Position numbers and translations under genes: made by a program. The notes beneath the pieces were generated by a model that saw only the letters and a program-made list of their open reading frames with translations, did no database searches and had not been told where the DNA came from. Below, piece by piece: positions 37,710 to 49,987 of a stretch of 64,000 nt of DNA. The stretch spans positions 1 to 64,000 of the forward strand of contig RBNJ01000004.1 of NCBI GenBank assembly GCA_003990765.1, written 5' to 3'. Source of the stretch: Jimgerdemannia flammicorona. Taxonomy: Eukaryota. Each line of letters opens with the position of its first letter. Positions within the stretch are counted from its first letter, which is position 1.

Positions 37710-40700
37710 ATGGATATGAGACCACCTATATTCCATGGATATATCTCCAACAAATCAATCATCATCTTCATTGATGATTTAGAGCAATATACTGCAGTAA
37801 GGACCTTAAGTGCAGTACAACAAGTAGCCTTACTCCCTGTAAGCCTCAGAGGCCCAGCAAGAACTGCATTCACCACAGCTAATATATAAGGAGCTGATAA
37901 TTCAGTAAGAATTCTGGCTTTTAAGACCTAGCTCCGAGCAACCTACTATACAGATGAAATCAAACAAGTACTCAAGGATCAATTGAATACTATCTGCCAA
38001 GGAATGTCCAAAGACTCAAACACATTTTACACAAGAATCCGATACCAAATAGTTCTCACTGACTATCCAGATGCAGTTCAAGACCAAGTGGCCGAGAATA
38101 CCTTCATGAAGGGCATTCATCAAGAAATTGCCTTAGCTATCTGATCTACCCCAACAGCACTGGACCTAGCATAAAAGGTTATCTATGCCCAAAGATACTG
38201 GACCACTAGACACTCTCAAGACCACACAATGGAAAGAATAACAGGAGTAAAAATCAAACAAGTACTGAGGATCACCAATACAGTTCCAACTACTATAGTC
38301 AACAGAAATACACAACCACAACCACAACTACAAGAGCAGAGAAGAGCTGACCCAATGGAGGAACTGGCCAAGTAGTTCACAGAAATGACTGTATACCTCA
38401 GTGATGTGGTCAAGGATAGTGCTCTCAATGAATCAAATCGAATTGAATTTGGCCCAAACTCAATTTGATTTGATTGAATCAAGGGTCCAATTTGATTTGA
38501 TTTAAATCGAATCAAAGGTCCAATTCAATTCAAAGTTCGATTCAAACTTTAATTTTCAAAATGTAATAACTTGACGAAACCTCATCCAAATTTAACGTAT
38601 TTTAGCTTGTTAGATTCACCATATTAATGTAATTCTAACAAGCTAAAGTACGTTAGATTTGGATGAGTTTACGCTGAGTTATTGTATTTTAAAAATTAGG
38701 GTTCAAATCAGACCCTCAATTCAATTTGACTTTTGATTTGATTTGAATTGATTTGAATTGAAAAATCCCCAATTCGATTTGACTCATTTAACCCTCAATT
38801 CGATTTGATTCGAATTGATTCAACTCATTTGGGAGTACTAGTCAAGGAGTTCAAGAAGAAGCCAGTACAGAAATTTGCAGCTACTTATGACAGATAATCA
38901 GTAACCTGCTACAGGTGTGGAGAAGAAGGCCATTATGCCTCCAATTACATGACAGAAACCAAGCACAAGGCCAATCCAAGTAATGCAACCAGAAACTGTG
39001 AACAGGCAAATACTATCACCTTTGAAGAGATTGGAGAATCTGAAGAGAAAAGGGAGGAATAGGAAGCTTATTCTGCTACTATAAGCAAGAAGGATGTACA
39101 AACCAGTCTCTACAAAAGACCTCTAGGCAGACCTCTTAAGAAGGCTCAGACACCAACAAAATAACCAGAAACAGTCATCAAAAAGGAAAGCCAGCAGACC
39201 GAAGCTGATCAAGATATGGAACTAGAACAAGACACTGAACTGGAGCAAGCAGTAGAAGATATTATTCGAAATACCACCCCATCAAGTGAAGGAAAGAAGG
39301 AACAGAAATTGTGCAAGAGCAAGACCTTCAAGTATGATATCTTCAAGGATCTCAAGGATCAAAAAGTAAATGCAACCTTTGGCCAGCTAGTGGAAATCCC
39401 AACATTCAGACAGCAAATGAGAACAGAGATATCTGATATTGGAAAGGATCAAGGCTACAGAATCATTGAAGCCAACAATGCACAAGAAGATTCTGATGAA
39501 GAAAGTGAAGATAATTGGAAGACATCAGCCTATGCTACCTGCCAGATCAAGGACCGAGTCTTTGAAGCTATCATTGATACAGGAGCAGAAGAATGTCTCA
39601 TCACCAAGAAAGCAGTAGACCACCTAGGCTGGGAGATAGAAGAAGCCACCAAATTGGTGTTTGCCACAGCTAATGGAACATGAGCAACACCTCTGGGAAA
39701 GATCCAGGATATATCCATCAAATTCAGAGAAGCTACTATCCCAGTAGATGTCATTGTCACAAATGCAACCAACTATGATATCCTTATTGACAATCAATGG
39801 CTTCACAAAGCCAAGGCAATAATTGATCTCAGTGTACAGAAGATGCAAATCATCTACCAGGGAAAGAAGATCAGAATTCTCATCAATGTCCACAAAGGAG
39901 TCTGCTCTGAGATGGAGGAAGAGCAAGAAGAAGCCTATATAGTTACTATGAAGAAGAAAAAAGGAAAGCAGTTGACAGAGGAGGAATGGTATAGGAAGAT
40001 CGCAGATGGATATGCCTTACTAGGAAGGTGCCCTCATGGTGAAAGAATATACTATACCCAGCACTTGGATCACTACTACTCCTACATCATCGAGGTGAAA
40101 AAGATTGCCAATAAGCCAAAAAAAAACCAGGAGGAATCAGAAGATGGACTACCAGAGCTATTGGATGACAGTGATGATAAAGAAGATATCACAGTCAAGA
40201 TACGAAGGATCTACCCTGATGCAGTCATACCACAGTACAAATCAGAGAATGCAGCAGGAATGGACCTGTCTACCACAATATATACAACTCTCGAACCACA
40301 AACCACTACTATACTGAGAACAGGAATCGAAGTAACCATCCCACCAAATTATGTCAGAATCCTCAAGACAAGAAGTAGCTTGGCAAAGAGTGAAATATCC
40401 ATAGAAGGAGGAGTCATTAATTCAGACTATATAGGAGAAATTCTCCTCCTTGCCAGGAATCATAATTCAACAATCCCATTTGAAGTAAGAAAGAAGAATA
40501 GGCTAGTGCAAATGCTCATCCTATCTGTCCTTAACCCAAGAATCAAGGAAGTTGCAAATATCAGACAAACTTAGTGAGGAAGAGCTGAATTTGGCTCTAT
40601 AGGAAGAGGAGTCCTTGCAGCAACCAAGATTATAGAATTGGAGCACAAGAAGGAGAAAAGCCAAGACAAACACACTTATGTAATTGGAAAGAACTTTCTC

Positions 40701-43310
40701 CTCAAGAAGGAGTTACAGAACCTCTTACATACATTTGAAGATATACTGGCCACAGATTTTAAGGACATCAAGACCAAGAAACTCTTATACTATCATGACA
40801 TCAATACTGAAGATATGAAACCAATCTATCAAAAAGCTCGCCCCATTCTGCCAGTATACAAGGAATGGCTCAAAACTGAAATCAAGGAAATGGAGGAATC
40901 TGGTATCATCAAGGAAGCCAGCAGTCCTTAGTCTTCACCTATTGTCCTTGTACCAAAGAAAGGAAGCCAACTAGGAGAATTTGCACCAAGACTCTGCACA
41001 GACTATAGAAGACTCAACGAGATTACAGAGAAGGATAGACAACCATTGCTCAATATTGGTGACATTCTTATCATACTGGGGAATAAATCACAATTTTACA
41101 CCACTCTGGATCTGTTCTCAGAATTCTACCAAATTGGCCTTACATCTGAAGCCAGCAAAATATCAGTCTTCATCACTTCTAATGGAATCTATATCTATCT
41201 CTATATGCCCTTTGGAATGTGCAATGCACCAGCAAGCTTCCAGCAAATGATGAATAGCATCTTCAGAGATATTATGGTAAAATGGATGATGGTATATGTA
41301 GATGATGTGATCATCTTCAGCTGAACAGCCAAGGAGCACTTGGAACATATCAAGGAAATCCTCAGAAGGCTTCACAAAAATGGCCTCTATATCAAGCCCA
41401 AGAAATGCAAATTTGGAGAAGAAGAAATTACATACCTCAGATACATCATCAACTGTGAAGGAATACATACAGATCCCACAAAGATCAAAGCAGTAGCAGC
41501 ATACCCAGTACCTACCAGTATCACTGAAGCCTGAGTCTTCATGGGACTAGCATCCTATTACTGGAGATTTATTCGAAGATTCTCCCATATTACCAGCCCT
41601 ATCTATGATCTGTTCAGAAAAGAGGTCAAGTTCTAGTAGACATAACAACAGCAACTAGTCTTCGATGAACTCAAGATCAGACTGACCCAGGCCCCAATCT
41701 TGAGAAGATCTGACTGGACATGAGAATTTATTCTACAGACAGATGCCAGTGCAATGAGACTTGGAGCTGTCCTTGCACAGAAGAAGAATGGCACTGAGTA
41801 TGTAGTAGCCTATCTCAGCCGAGGTACTCATGGAGTGGAGCAGTCCTATGAGTCATACAAGCTAGAATGTCTTACAGTCATCTGGACTGTAGAGAAGTTC
41901 CACTATTACCTGGTGGGAAGACACTTCACCATCCAGACAGACCACTCAGTACTTACCTGGTTGCTCACCACCAGTAAACTCAAAGGAATCTATGCCTGAT
42001 GGATCATAAAGCTGCAAGCATATGATGCCACAATCACTCACTGCCCTGGAAGAACCAATGCCAATACCGACACCCTCTCACAGATACCCCAAAGGACCCC
42101 ACCCCCACAAAATCACCATGAATAGAGAGCTGTACTATGGAATCATCAGTTATCTGGAGCAGTGAAAGATACCCCCATATCTGGAAGAATGGACAAAAAC
42201 AATTATTAATTGGACATGGAAACAATTCAAAACTGATAGAGAAATACTCAAGAAAGAATAACAATTAGTCATCCCTAAGCACTGGAAGAATCAAGTAATG
42301 AAAGAAGTACATGAACAAGGCTATGTAGGAGGAACAAATATATATGACAAAGTAAGAAGAACTATGTGGTGGCCTGGAATGGAAGAAGATATCAGAAAAT
42401 TCGTCAGAACCTGTGACAAATGCCAGAAATAGAAACAAGACCAACAAGATCAAGCCCCCAGATCAGCAGACATCGAACCAGTACTATTTGCCCACATAGC
42501 AATGGATGTAATTGGCCCTCTACCTTTGATATTAACAGGCAACCAATATGTCATCATGATTGTAGACCTATTCACAAAATGGGTAGAAGTCAGACCCCTC
42601 AAAGAAGCCAATGCACAGTCAATTGCCGATTTCTTTCACAGAGAAATCATCTGCCGATTCAAGACCCCAAAACAAGTTACCACAGATAGAGGAACAGAAT
42701 TTGTCAACTAGTTCTATGAGACTCTATACAAGAAGTACAAGATCTAGCACATCAAGACCATGGCTTATTACCTGCAAGGAAACAGATAAGCAGAAAGAAT
42801 CAACAAGACCCTCAAGAACATCATTGCCAAGATCTGTGATGAATATGGAAACTGGGACCACTATCTTCCAATAGCATTATCTACTCTGCAGGATATACAA
42901 TCACAAAGCACCCACTTCACACTGTAAGAAATGCTATTTGGAGAAGAAAGTTCTAGTGGAAGTTTGTCAGCAAATAATGATGCAGTCTGGACGTATGTGG
43001 ACACAGAGATATGGAGATTGCATAAAATTAGGAAAAAGGCAGAGAATTATATAATCAAGGCACAGGTACTATAATGGAGCAATGTGGAAAAGATCTATAA
43101 GCCCCTAGAGATTATTAAGATAGGAGATGAAGTCCTGGTGTACCAGAATATGATAGAAGCTTCTTGGTCATAAAAACTGGAGCCCAAGTGGAAAGGACCT
43201 TACCTGGTGCAAGATATAAAAGGGACCACTTTCTAACTATGAAAGCCCATAGGCACAATAATCTCCAACACCATTTACTGAAACTGACTCAAGAAATATC
43301 ATGGCCAGTA
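37710..43310 (+). pseudogene. C polyprotein remnant: gag-knuckle-protease-CPHG module-dUTPase-RT-RNase H-integrase (no chromodomain seen)
   Basis: CYRCGEEGHY, IIDTGAE, dUTPase at about 40190-40600 (AAGMDL, RSSLAK, GGVINSDYIGEI), RT YVDD, RNase H LQTDAS, integrase MDVIGPL...TDRGTEF. Confidence 0.9.
38417..38840. mobile_element. hAT-type MITE with perfect 8 bp TSD
   Basis: TSD GTCAAGGA at 38409-38416 and 38841-38848. TIRs TAGTGCTC.../...GAGTACTA. Internal inverted repeat at about 38552-38697. Confidence 0.93.
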
Positions 43311-43762
43311 ACAAAAGTACTGCGATTGCACTCAAGATCACTAGCACTGCCCAAAGAGCCATCAAGAGACAATGGCATACCACTGAGCCTCTGACTATAG
43401 AGGAGTCTTATGATAGTATTCAAAGCATTGTACAGACTCATCTCTCTTGGATCTCACACTTCAAAGCCTATCAGCATCAAAATGAATTTCAAGAGTACTT
43501 CAAACTTGGCCAAGTACTCAACCAAGACCCAGAAATGACCAAAGAAAATTGGATCACAGAATGCCAGCTCTCATATTCCCAGATCACCATTACTAAGAGA
43601 ATCTACAAGCTGTTTCAAGAGAATGAACCAGCACTAGTCCACCTGTGAGGAGTGACTCCCTCAGACTTTGACCGAGTCAGACGATACCATTGGGAAACAG
43701 TAATGCAACAAATCACACAATACAAGACCATACAGACCATTGAAGCCTGGGAGTTTGAATAG
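43301..43762 (+). pseudogene. Accessory ORF between integrase and the 3' LTR of element C
   Basis: ATG 43301 overlaps the pol stop (TAA 43308-43310). ORF 43301-43648 continues past a TGA (likely from CGA) as GVTPSDFDRVRRYHWETVM. Confidence 0.72.
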
Positions 43763-44263
43763 ATGCTTCAAGGATGAGATCATCTATTCAGAAGGAAGTT
43801 GTGATGGTATAGCTAGATTTAGAAGAAGGAAATAGGGAACAGATACTTGATTGCACCCAGTCCCAAAGTAGTATAGCCACATAGTTAGCAGTCCCCGATT
43901 TCGCCATTTACTAAATATTTCACAAAGTGCGAGATCGAGCTTCTCGATATAGTATATCATTTTGCAACTGGCAAAATATTTCACAAAGTATTAAATAACT
44001 CATAACCTAGCCACATAACTCAGTAACCAGCTCATAGCTAGCAAACTTATATAAATAACCCAGTATCTTCGAGTAAATAAAACCTCAGATTGAAAGTGTT
44101 AGAAAAAAAAAACAAGTATACCAATAAAGGAACTTTTGGGATTCCCTCTTTAAAACACATTTGGCCTCAAGGAACTATCAACTCTGGGAGTCAAGAAGAC
44201 AAGAATTCAAGTTAAAGAAATCTGACATACTTGCTCATCTTAGCATCTGCTATGTTACACTAT

Positions 44264-47200
44264 ACAGCAACAAACAGCTATCTATCAAGTCCTCACTCCA
44301 GACTCACAACTACTACTCCAGCAACTTATACAGACCCAAAGAACCCCATCACACTCTGCACCAGTACATCAAGTAGTACTAGTAACACCTCTACCAGTAG
44401 TCTAACCACCTCCAGTAAACAATATGGCCAACCAACAGATTCTAGACCTCACAGCCCAGATAGCAATAATGGCAGCAATCATTACTACCCTAGCTGAACA
44501 AACCTGACCTACTAAAAATCTGAGCCTACCTACCTTCAATGGTACTGTCCAAGAAGTCCAAAGCTTTATTAGTATAGTTGACACCAACTTCGAAGCCAAT
44601 CAATGGACCAATGAGTATGTAAGTGGCTGACCATGTTCTGACAAACAATCAAGACCACACTCTGGAACAACTCTTTGCTACTACTACAGCCTATGTCCAC
44701 CAAGTTGTTACATTCTTTCAAGGACCTGCCAAAGAATGGTAGTAAACCATTCCTGAAAACCCCCTCACATAGGACACCCAACCTGCAGTAGTTATACAGA
44801 ATGCAGCAAATAATACCCCAGGATATGGAGCCCATCCTGCAGCTCCTGGACTCAAACAACCCATAATTGCTCAATACCACAGTGAAACCATGATTGCTGA
44901 ATCTCGAGTAAAACTCCGCAACCTCAAATTTGATGTATATGGCAAAGAAGAATTTGAAACCTTCTGTACAAAACTCGAGTCACTTCTGAACACTGTTGGC
45001 CTAGGATATATTGCCAATGATGAAGTATGAAATGGTACAAGAGCAGACCATTTATTTGATGCCCTGCCTGAATGGCTTACTAAAAAAATCCAAGAACAAG
45101 GCCACCCAGTTGGTTGTGATCACCAACAATGGTGTCTAGCAAGAATCAAGGCTATGGTTAAGCAAATCCTAGCAGCAGGACCAATTCTGCCCTGAAGACA
45201 ATTCAATAACAAGGAAAAGACTTGGATCAAGAAAGAAGAACCCAAGCATGAAGCATCCTGAGCTCCCTCTATATTCATCTTTTGGATACTCAGAAATCAT
45301 AAATCCACCCAGCTGAGTACCTTCAAGAAACTCACTGAAGGAGAAAGAAATGAACTTTGAAGAAGCAGAGCATACTTCTATTGCCGAAAGACAGGACACA
45401 TGGCCAGTGCCTGCCCTAACTGAAAACCCTGAACAGCAATATGAGCAACTATGACCACTCTGCACTATCTCAATAACCTGACCACTAGAATACTAGACTT
45501 TGTCAAGTTAAGATAAACTGCAAAGGCCCCAACCAAAGGAAGCCAAAAAGCAGCTAGATATGACCTATATATAGTCAAAGAAGCTACAGTTTCCAACTGA
45601 GAAGTCAAGCAAGTCTATATAGAAATCAGTATCCAAATTCCTGAAGGATATGTTGGAAGAATATGCTGTCACAGCAGCCTAGTATTGAAAGGACTCTCAG
45701 TAGAAGGAGGAGTCATTGACAAGGATTATACATGCAAAATTATTGTCCTCATCTGAAACCATAGTTAGATACCCTTCAAGATCTCCATTAGTTTCTGCAT
45801 TACCCAGATTCTATTCAAAAAAATCGAGTTGACCCTGATAGTCAAAGAAGTCCCTGAACTACTGCCTACCATCTGAGGATCCAAAGGATTTGGCTCATCA
45901 AACAAGGCCCCAGCGCAATCAACTACAAATAAAGAAGAACAATTCTACAAAAAAATCGAAGATAGATATATACCAAGTAGCTGATGCCCCTATGACATTG
46001 AAATGTACTCTTCCTGAATGATTAATAATTGCTTTTCTTATATCAATGAACTGGCTCAAAGAAGAACCAACAGAAGGAAAGCTCCTATAACCAAAATCAC
46101 CACCATTAGATCAGACAAACTGCTTACACTTAAAGCTTTTATCAATCGAGCACCTATTAAGATTATGATAGACAGCAGTGTCTCAGGCAACTTCATCAAT
46201 GAAGAAACAGCCAACAGACTCAAGGTCTTCACCTCACTAGTACAACAAACTCAAGCAGTTGCCACAGCTGATGGAATCTTACATATTATTAGCAAGGAAG
46301 TTCGCAATCTGCCCTTCCGAATTGGTGACTATCAAGTACATGTTACCCTCCAGATCATATCACTCCCTGACAATGAAATCATCCTTGGAAACCTATGGTT
46401 AAAACAAGAGAACCTTATGATCAATTGGGTAAACCATTCTCTGACCATCAAGAAAGGATGCCATAACTTCAAACTACAAGGTGAAAAGGACCCACTTAGT
46501 TCTAGTGACTCTGGACCAAAGATTACTCACATCAACAAGCTACAACTCAAGAAATTAGCCAAGAAATACCCTCTCTTCATTATCTCCATCTGTCCATCCA
46601 AAGGAGAACCAGAGAACTCTGAAGAAGACTTTTCTAAAGTTGACAGCCATGTCAGACCTCTACTCTAGAAATTCTGAAACATATTTCCAAAAAAACTTCC
46701 AAAAGGCCTATCTCCCAAACAAGCAGTAGACCATACCATCAAGACTATCTCAGATGCCAAACCAGCCTTCAAGTCAATCTACCACATGTCTCCGAGAGAA
46801 ATTGATATACTCAAGAAAGAAATCGATGAACTCCTAGAACAAGGATTCATCAGACCTAGTGTATCACCCTATGGTGCACCAGTCCTCTTTGTTGTAAAGA
46901 AAGGAGGAGACCTATGAATGTGTATTGATTACCATGACCTCAACAAACAGACCATCAAGAACTGTTGCCCACTACTGAGAATTGATAAAATATTTGATAG
47001 ACTTACCAACCCACAATTCATGAGCTCTTTTGACCTGTGAAATGGTTACTGGCAAATTGCTATAAAAGAAGAAGACATCTACAAGACAGCCTTCCAAACC
47101 CACTATAGACACTTTGAGTTTCTGGTTATGCCCTTTGGCTTAACTAATGCTCCTGCAACCTTTCAGACACTGATGAACATCATCCTGTACCCATACCTGA

Positions 47201-49559
47201 ACAAATTTGTTGTTGTCTACATTGATGACATTCTAGTCTTCAGCAAAACCCTGGAGGAACATCTTGAACACCTTGAACTAATACTACTGAAACTCTGAGA
47301 AAACTGACTCTTTGCAAAACTCAGCAAGTGTAAATTTCTCCTGAAAGAAATTCAATTCCTTGGACACATTGTCACTCCAAATAGAATCAAAGTGGACCTC
47401 AGCAAAATCTCTGCAATCAAGGATTGGCCCAGACCCAAGAAGCTGAAAGACCTCCAGTCATTCTTGGGATTAGCAAACTATTATAGGCAATTTGTTGCCA
47501 ACTTTGCCAAAATTACTACTACCCTTACTCAAATGACCAAGCACAGCAAGAAAGAAGAACAACCCTGGACCATGAAACAAGAGAAAGACTTCAATAATCT
47601 TGCAAATTGAGGACCTGAGCAAGATACTGCCTTTCAAGCACTAAAGAATGCCCTGATAACCACTCCAGTACTTCAAGTAGCAAACCCTACACTACCATAT
47701 AAGGTTACCACTGATGCCTCTGACCTAGCCCTTGGAGCTGTGCTCATGCAAGAAGGACATTCTGTGGCCTATCATTTCCACAAGTTCAATGATGCCGAAA
47801 TCAACTATGCAATCTATAAGAAGGAAATGCTAGCCATTGTAAACACTCTGATCAAATAGTGACCATATCTAGAAGGAGCATACTTCACTGTATTGACTGA
47901 CCACAGTCATTAGTCAACATCAAGACATAGGCTACCCTTTCTCGAAAGCAAGCCAGATGGATGAAAGTCCTTACCAACTTTGACTATAAAATCCAGTATC
48001 ACCCTGGCAAGGAAAACATTGTTGCCAATGCAATCTCCAGACCACCTATCAAAGAAGTTATCTAAACTCTCACTCTGGTTACCAACTCTATCATGAAACA
48101 AATTATCACAGCATGTGCTAATAATAAGAAAGCTCAAGTACTCTGAGAAATCCTGAATAGTAATAATACTAATAAGTATACCCAGTACAATCAATACCAA
48201 CTTAAGGATAATACTATCTACTATAAGGACAGACTGTATGTCCCAAACAACCAAGATCTCTGAAGGACTATCCTATTTGAATATCATGATGTCCCTATAG
48301 CTGGACATTTAGGATTTGATAAATGCTATGAAGTTATCTACCAAAACTTCTATTGGCCCCATATGGCAGATCAGCTTAAGACCTACATCACTTCCTGTGA
48401 TGCCTGCCAATGGAACAAGTCCTCAACACTAGCAAAATCTGGCTTACTACACTCTATCCCAGTACCATCCACTAATTGGGAACAAATCTCTATGGACTTC
48501 ATTATGCAACTACCCCAAACTAAGAATGGAAAAGATACCATTGTTGTCTTTATGGACTATCTCAGCAAACAAGCCCACTTTGTGCCAATTACTATCACTG
48601 CAATAGCACCAGACATAGCCACACTCTTGTTTGACAACATCTTCTGCTATCATGGTCTTCCTAAGATCATTATTAGTGACTGAGATCTGAAATTCACCAG
48701 CCATTTTTGGAAAGCCCTCCATATGCACCTTGGAACAAAACTTGCACTATTCACAGCCTTTCACCCAGAAACTGATAGCCAAACTGAAAGAATGAACTGA
48801 ACTCTGGAACAAATACTAAGGAACTATGTTTCCTATAGATAAGATGATTGGTATGAACACCTCACTGCAGTTAAATTTACCTACAACAACAGCAAGCAAG
48901 CCTCCCTGAGAATGACTCCATTCTTCGCCAACACTAGACAAAACCCAAACACCCCTCTGACACTCATCCGAACTACTGACGAACCCTCTACAGTTGAAGT
49001 TGTTGAAGAATTCTTGCTCTGAATGTGTAATCTAAGCCAGATCACAATTGAGAATTTATCATGAGCTCAAGAACAACAGTCACAGTATATTAACCAATAC
49101 TACTGAGAAGAAATCTTTGACATTGGAGAAAAAGTTCTACTAGATATCTGAGAATACCGAGTTGACAACCTCAAGCACAAACCATCTATAAAGCTAAACA
49201 GCAAGTTCATTGGACCATTTGAAGTTATTGTATAAGTCTCCCCTACTTCCTACAAATTGGTGCTACCCAATATCATTAAGGTCCACCCAGTCTTTAATGT
49301 CCAATGTCTCAAGTGATACAATGACAATGACAATGAGCTATTCCTCAACTGGACCACCAAACCACCTGTACCTGTCATAATTAATGACCAAGAAGAGTAT
49401 GAAGTTGAACAAATTCTCAACAAATGTGAAAGCAAAAACCACCCTGAGTACCTTATCAAATGGAAAGGTTACCCAATCCATGATGCCACATGGGAACTCA
49501 AGACCAACCTTCAGAATGCTACTGACTTAGTTCAGGAATATGATTCTTTGAACAACTGA
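44264..49559 (+). pseudogene. B2 polyprotein remnant: gag-knuckle-dUTPase-CPHG module-protease-RT-RNase H-integrase-chromodomain (N-terminal extension lies at about 36490-37222)
   Basis: dUTPase at about 45490-45900 (KAPTKGSQKAARYDL, GGVIDKDY, GSKGFGSS). Protease MIDSSVSGNFI, RT YIDD, integrase ISMDFI, chromodomain EYEVEQIL...YLIKWKGYPIHDATWE. Confidence 0.9.
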
Positions 49560-49987
49560 AATCCGAATACTCCGACACCTATCAGTATATACTATATATT
49601 ACCCCCCCAAACATTATAATTATCATAAACAAAATCAAGAACTCAGTAAAATAAGACAAGAACATTAATCTTCTAGAAAAATAGCAAAACTGAAAGCCAG
49701 CCTATTCTCCCCATACCACTGGTGGGAAATGAGGCATAGATATTTAAGAAGATTCTTTAGAGGAAATTCCCCAGCAGTGAATGATGTCAGAATCACTTCT
49801 AGTGTATGGCATCAAACACATGACCCTTTAATATGTGAATCTGATGCATTAGGCAACTGTACTACAAGTGTGTCACTTTCTGAAAAAATGGACTTCACCA
49901 GATTTTTGACCTTTTAATCAGTATAACAACACTAGAACAAAATTAGAAGACTCCAATGAGGACATCAAAAGCTAAGAAGGGGAGAGT

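Larger units (their letters stand above)
37223..44259 (+). mobile_element. Full-length Ty3/Gypsy element C with 4 bp TSD, inserted in the B2 gag region
   Basis: TSD CTAT at 37219-37222 and 44260-44263; the empty site is visible in B1 at about 28211. LTRs 37223-37610 and 43800-44259, PBS at 37614. Confidence 0.93.

Noticed and set aside
43301-43762. env gene in the post-integrase position
   Set aside because: Short, with no signal peptide, furin site or transmembrane segment evident; it aligns instead with the LTR accessory ORFs.
45420-45460. Programmed stop read-through or an alternative genetic code (frequent in-frame TGA)
   Set aside because: TGA positions correspond to Arg CGA or Trp TGG and differ between copies (CAA in B1), consistent with C>T/G>A decay.
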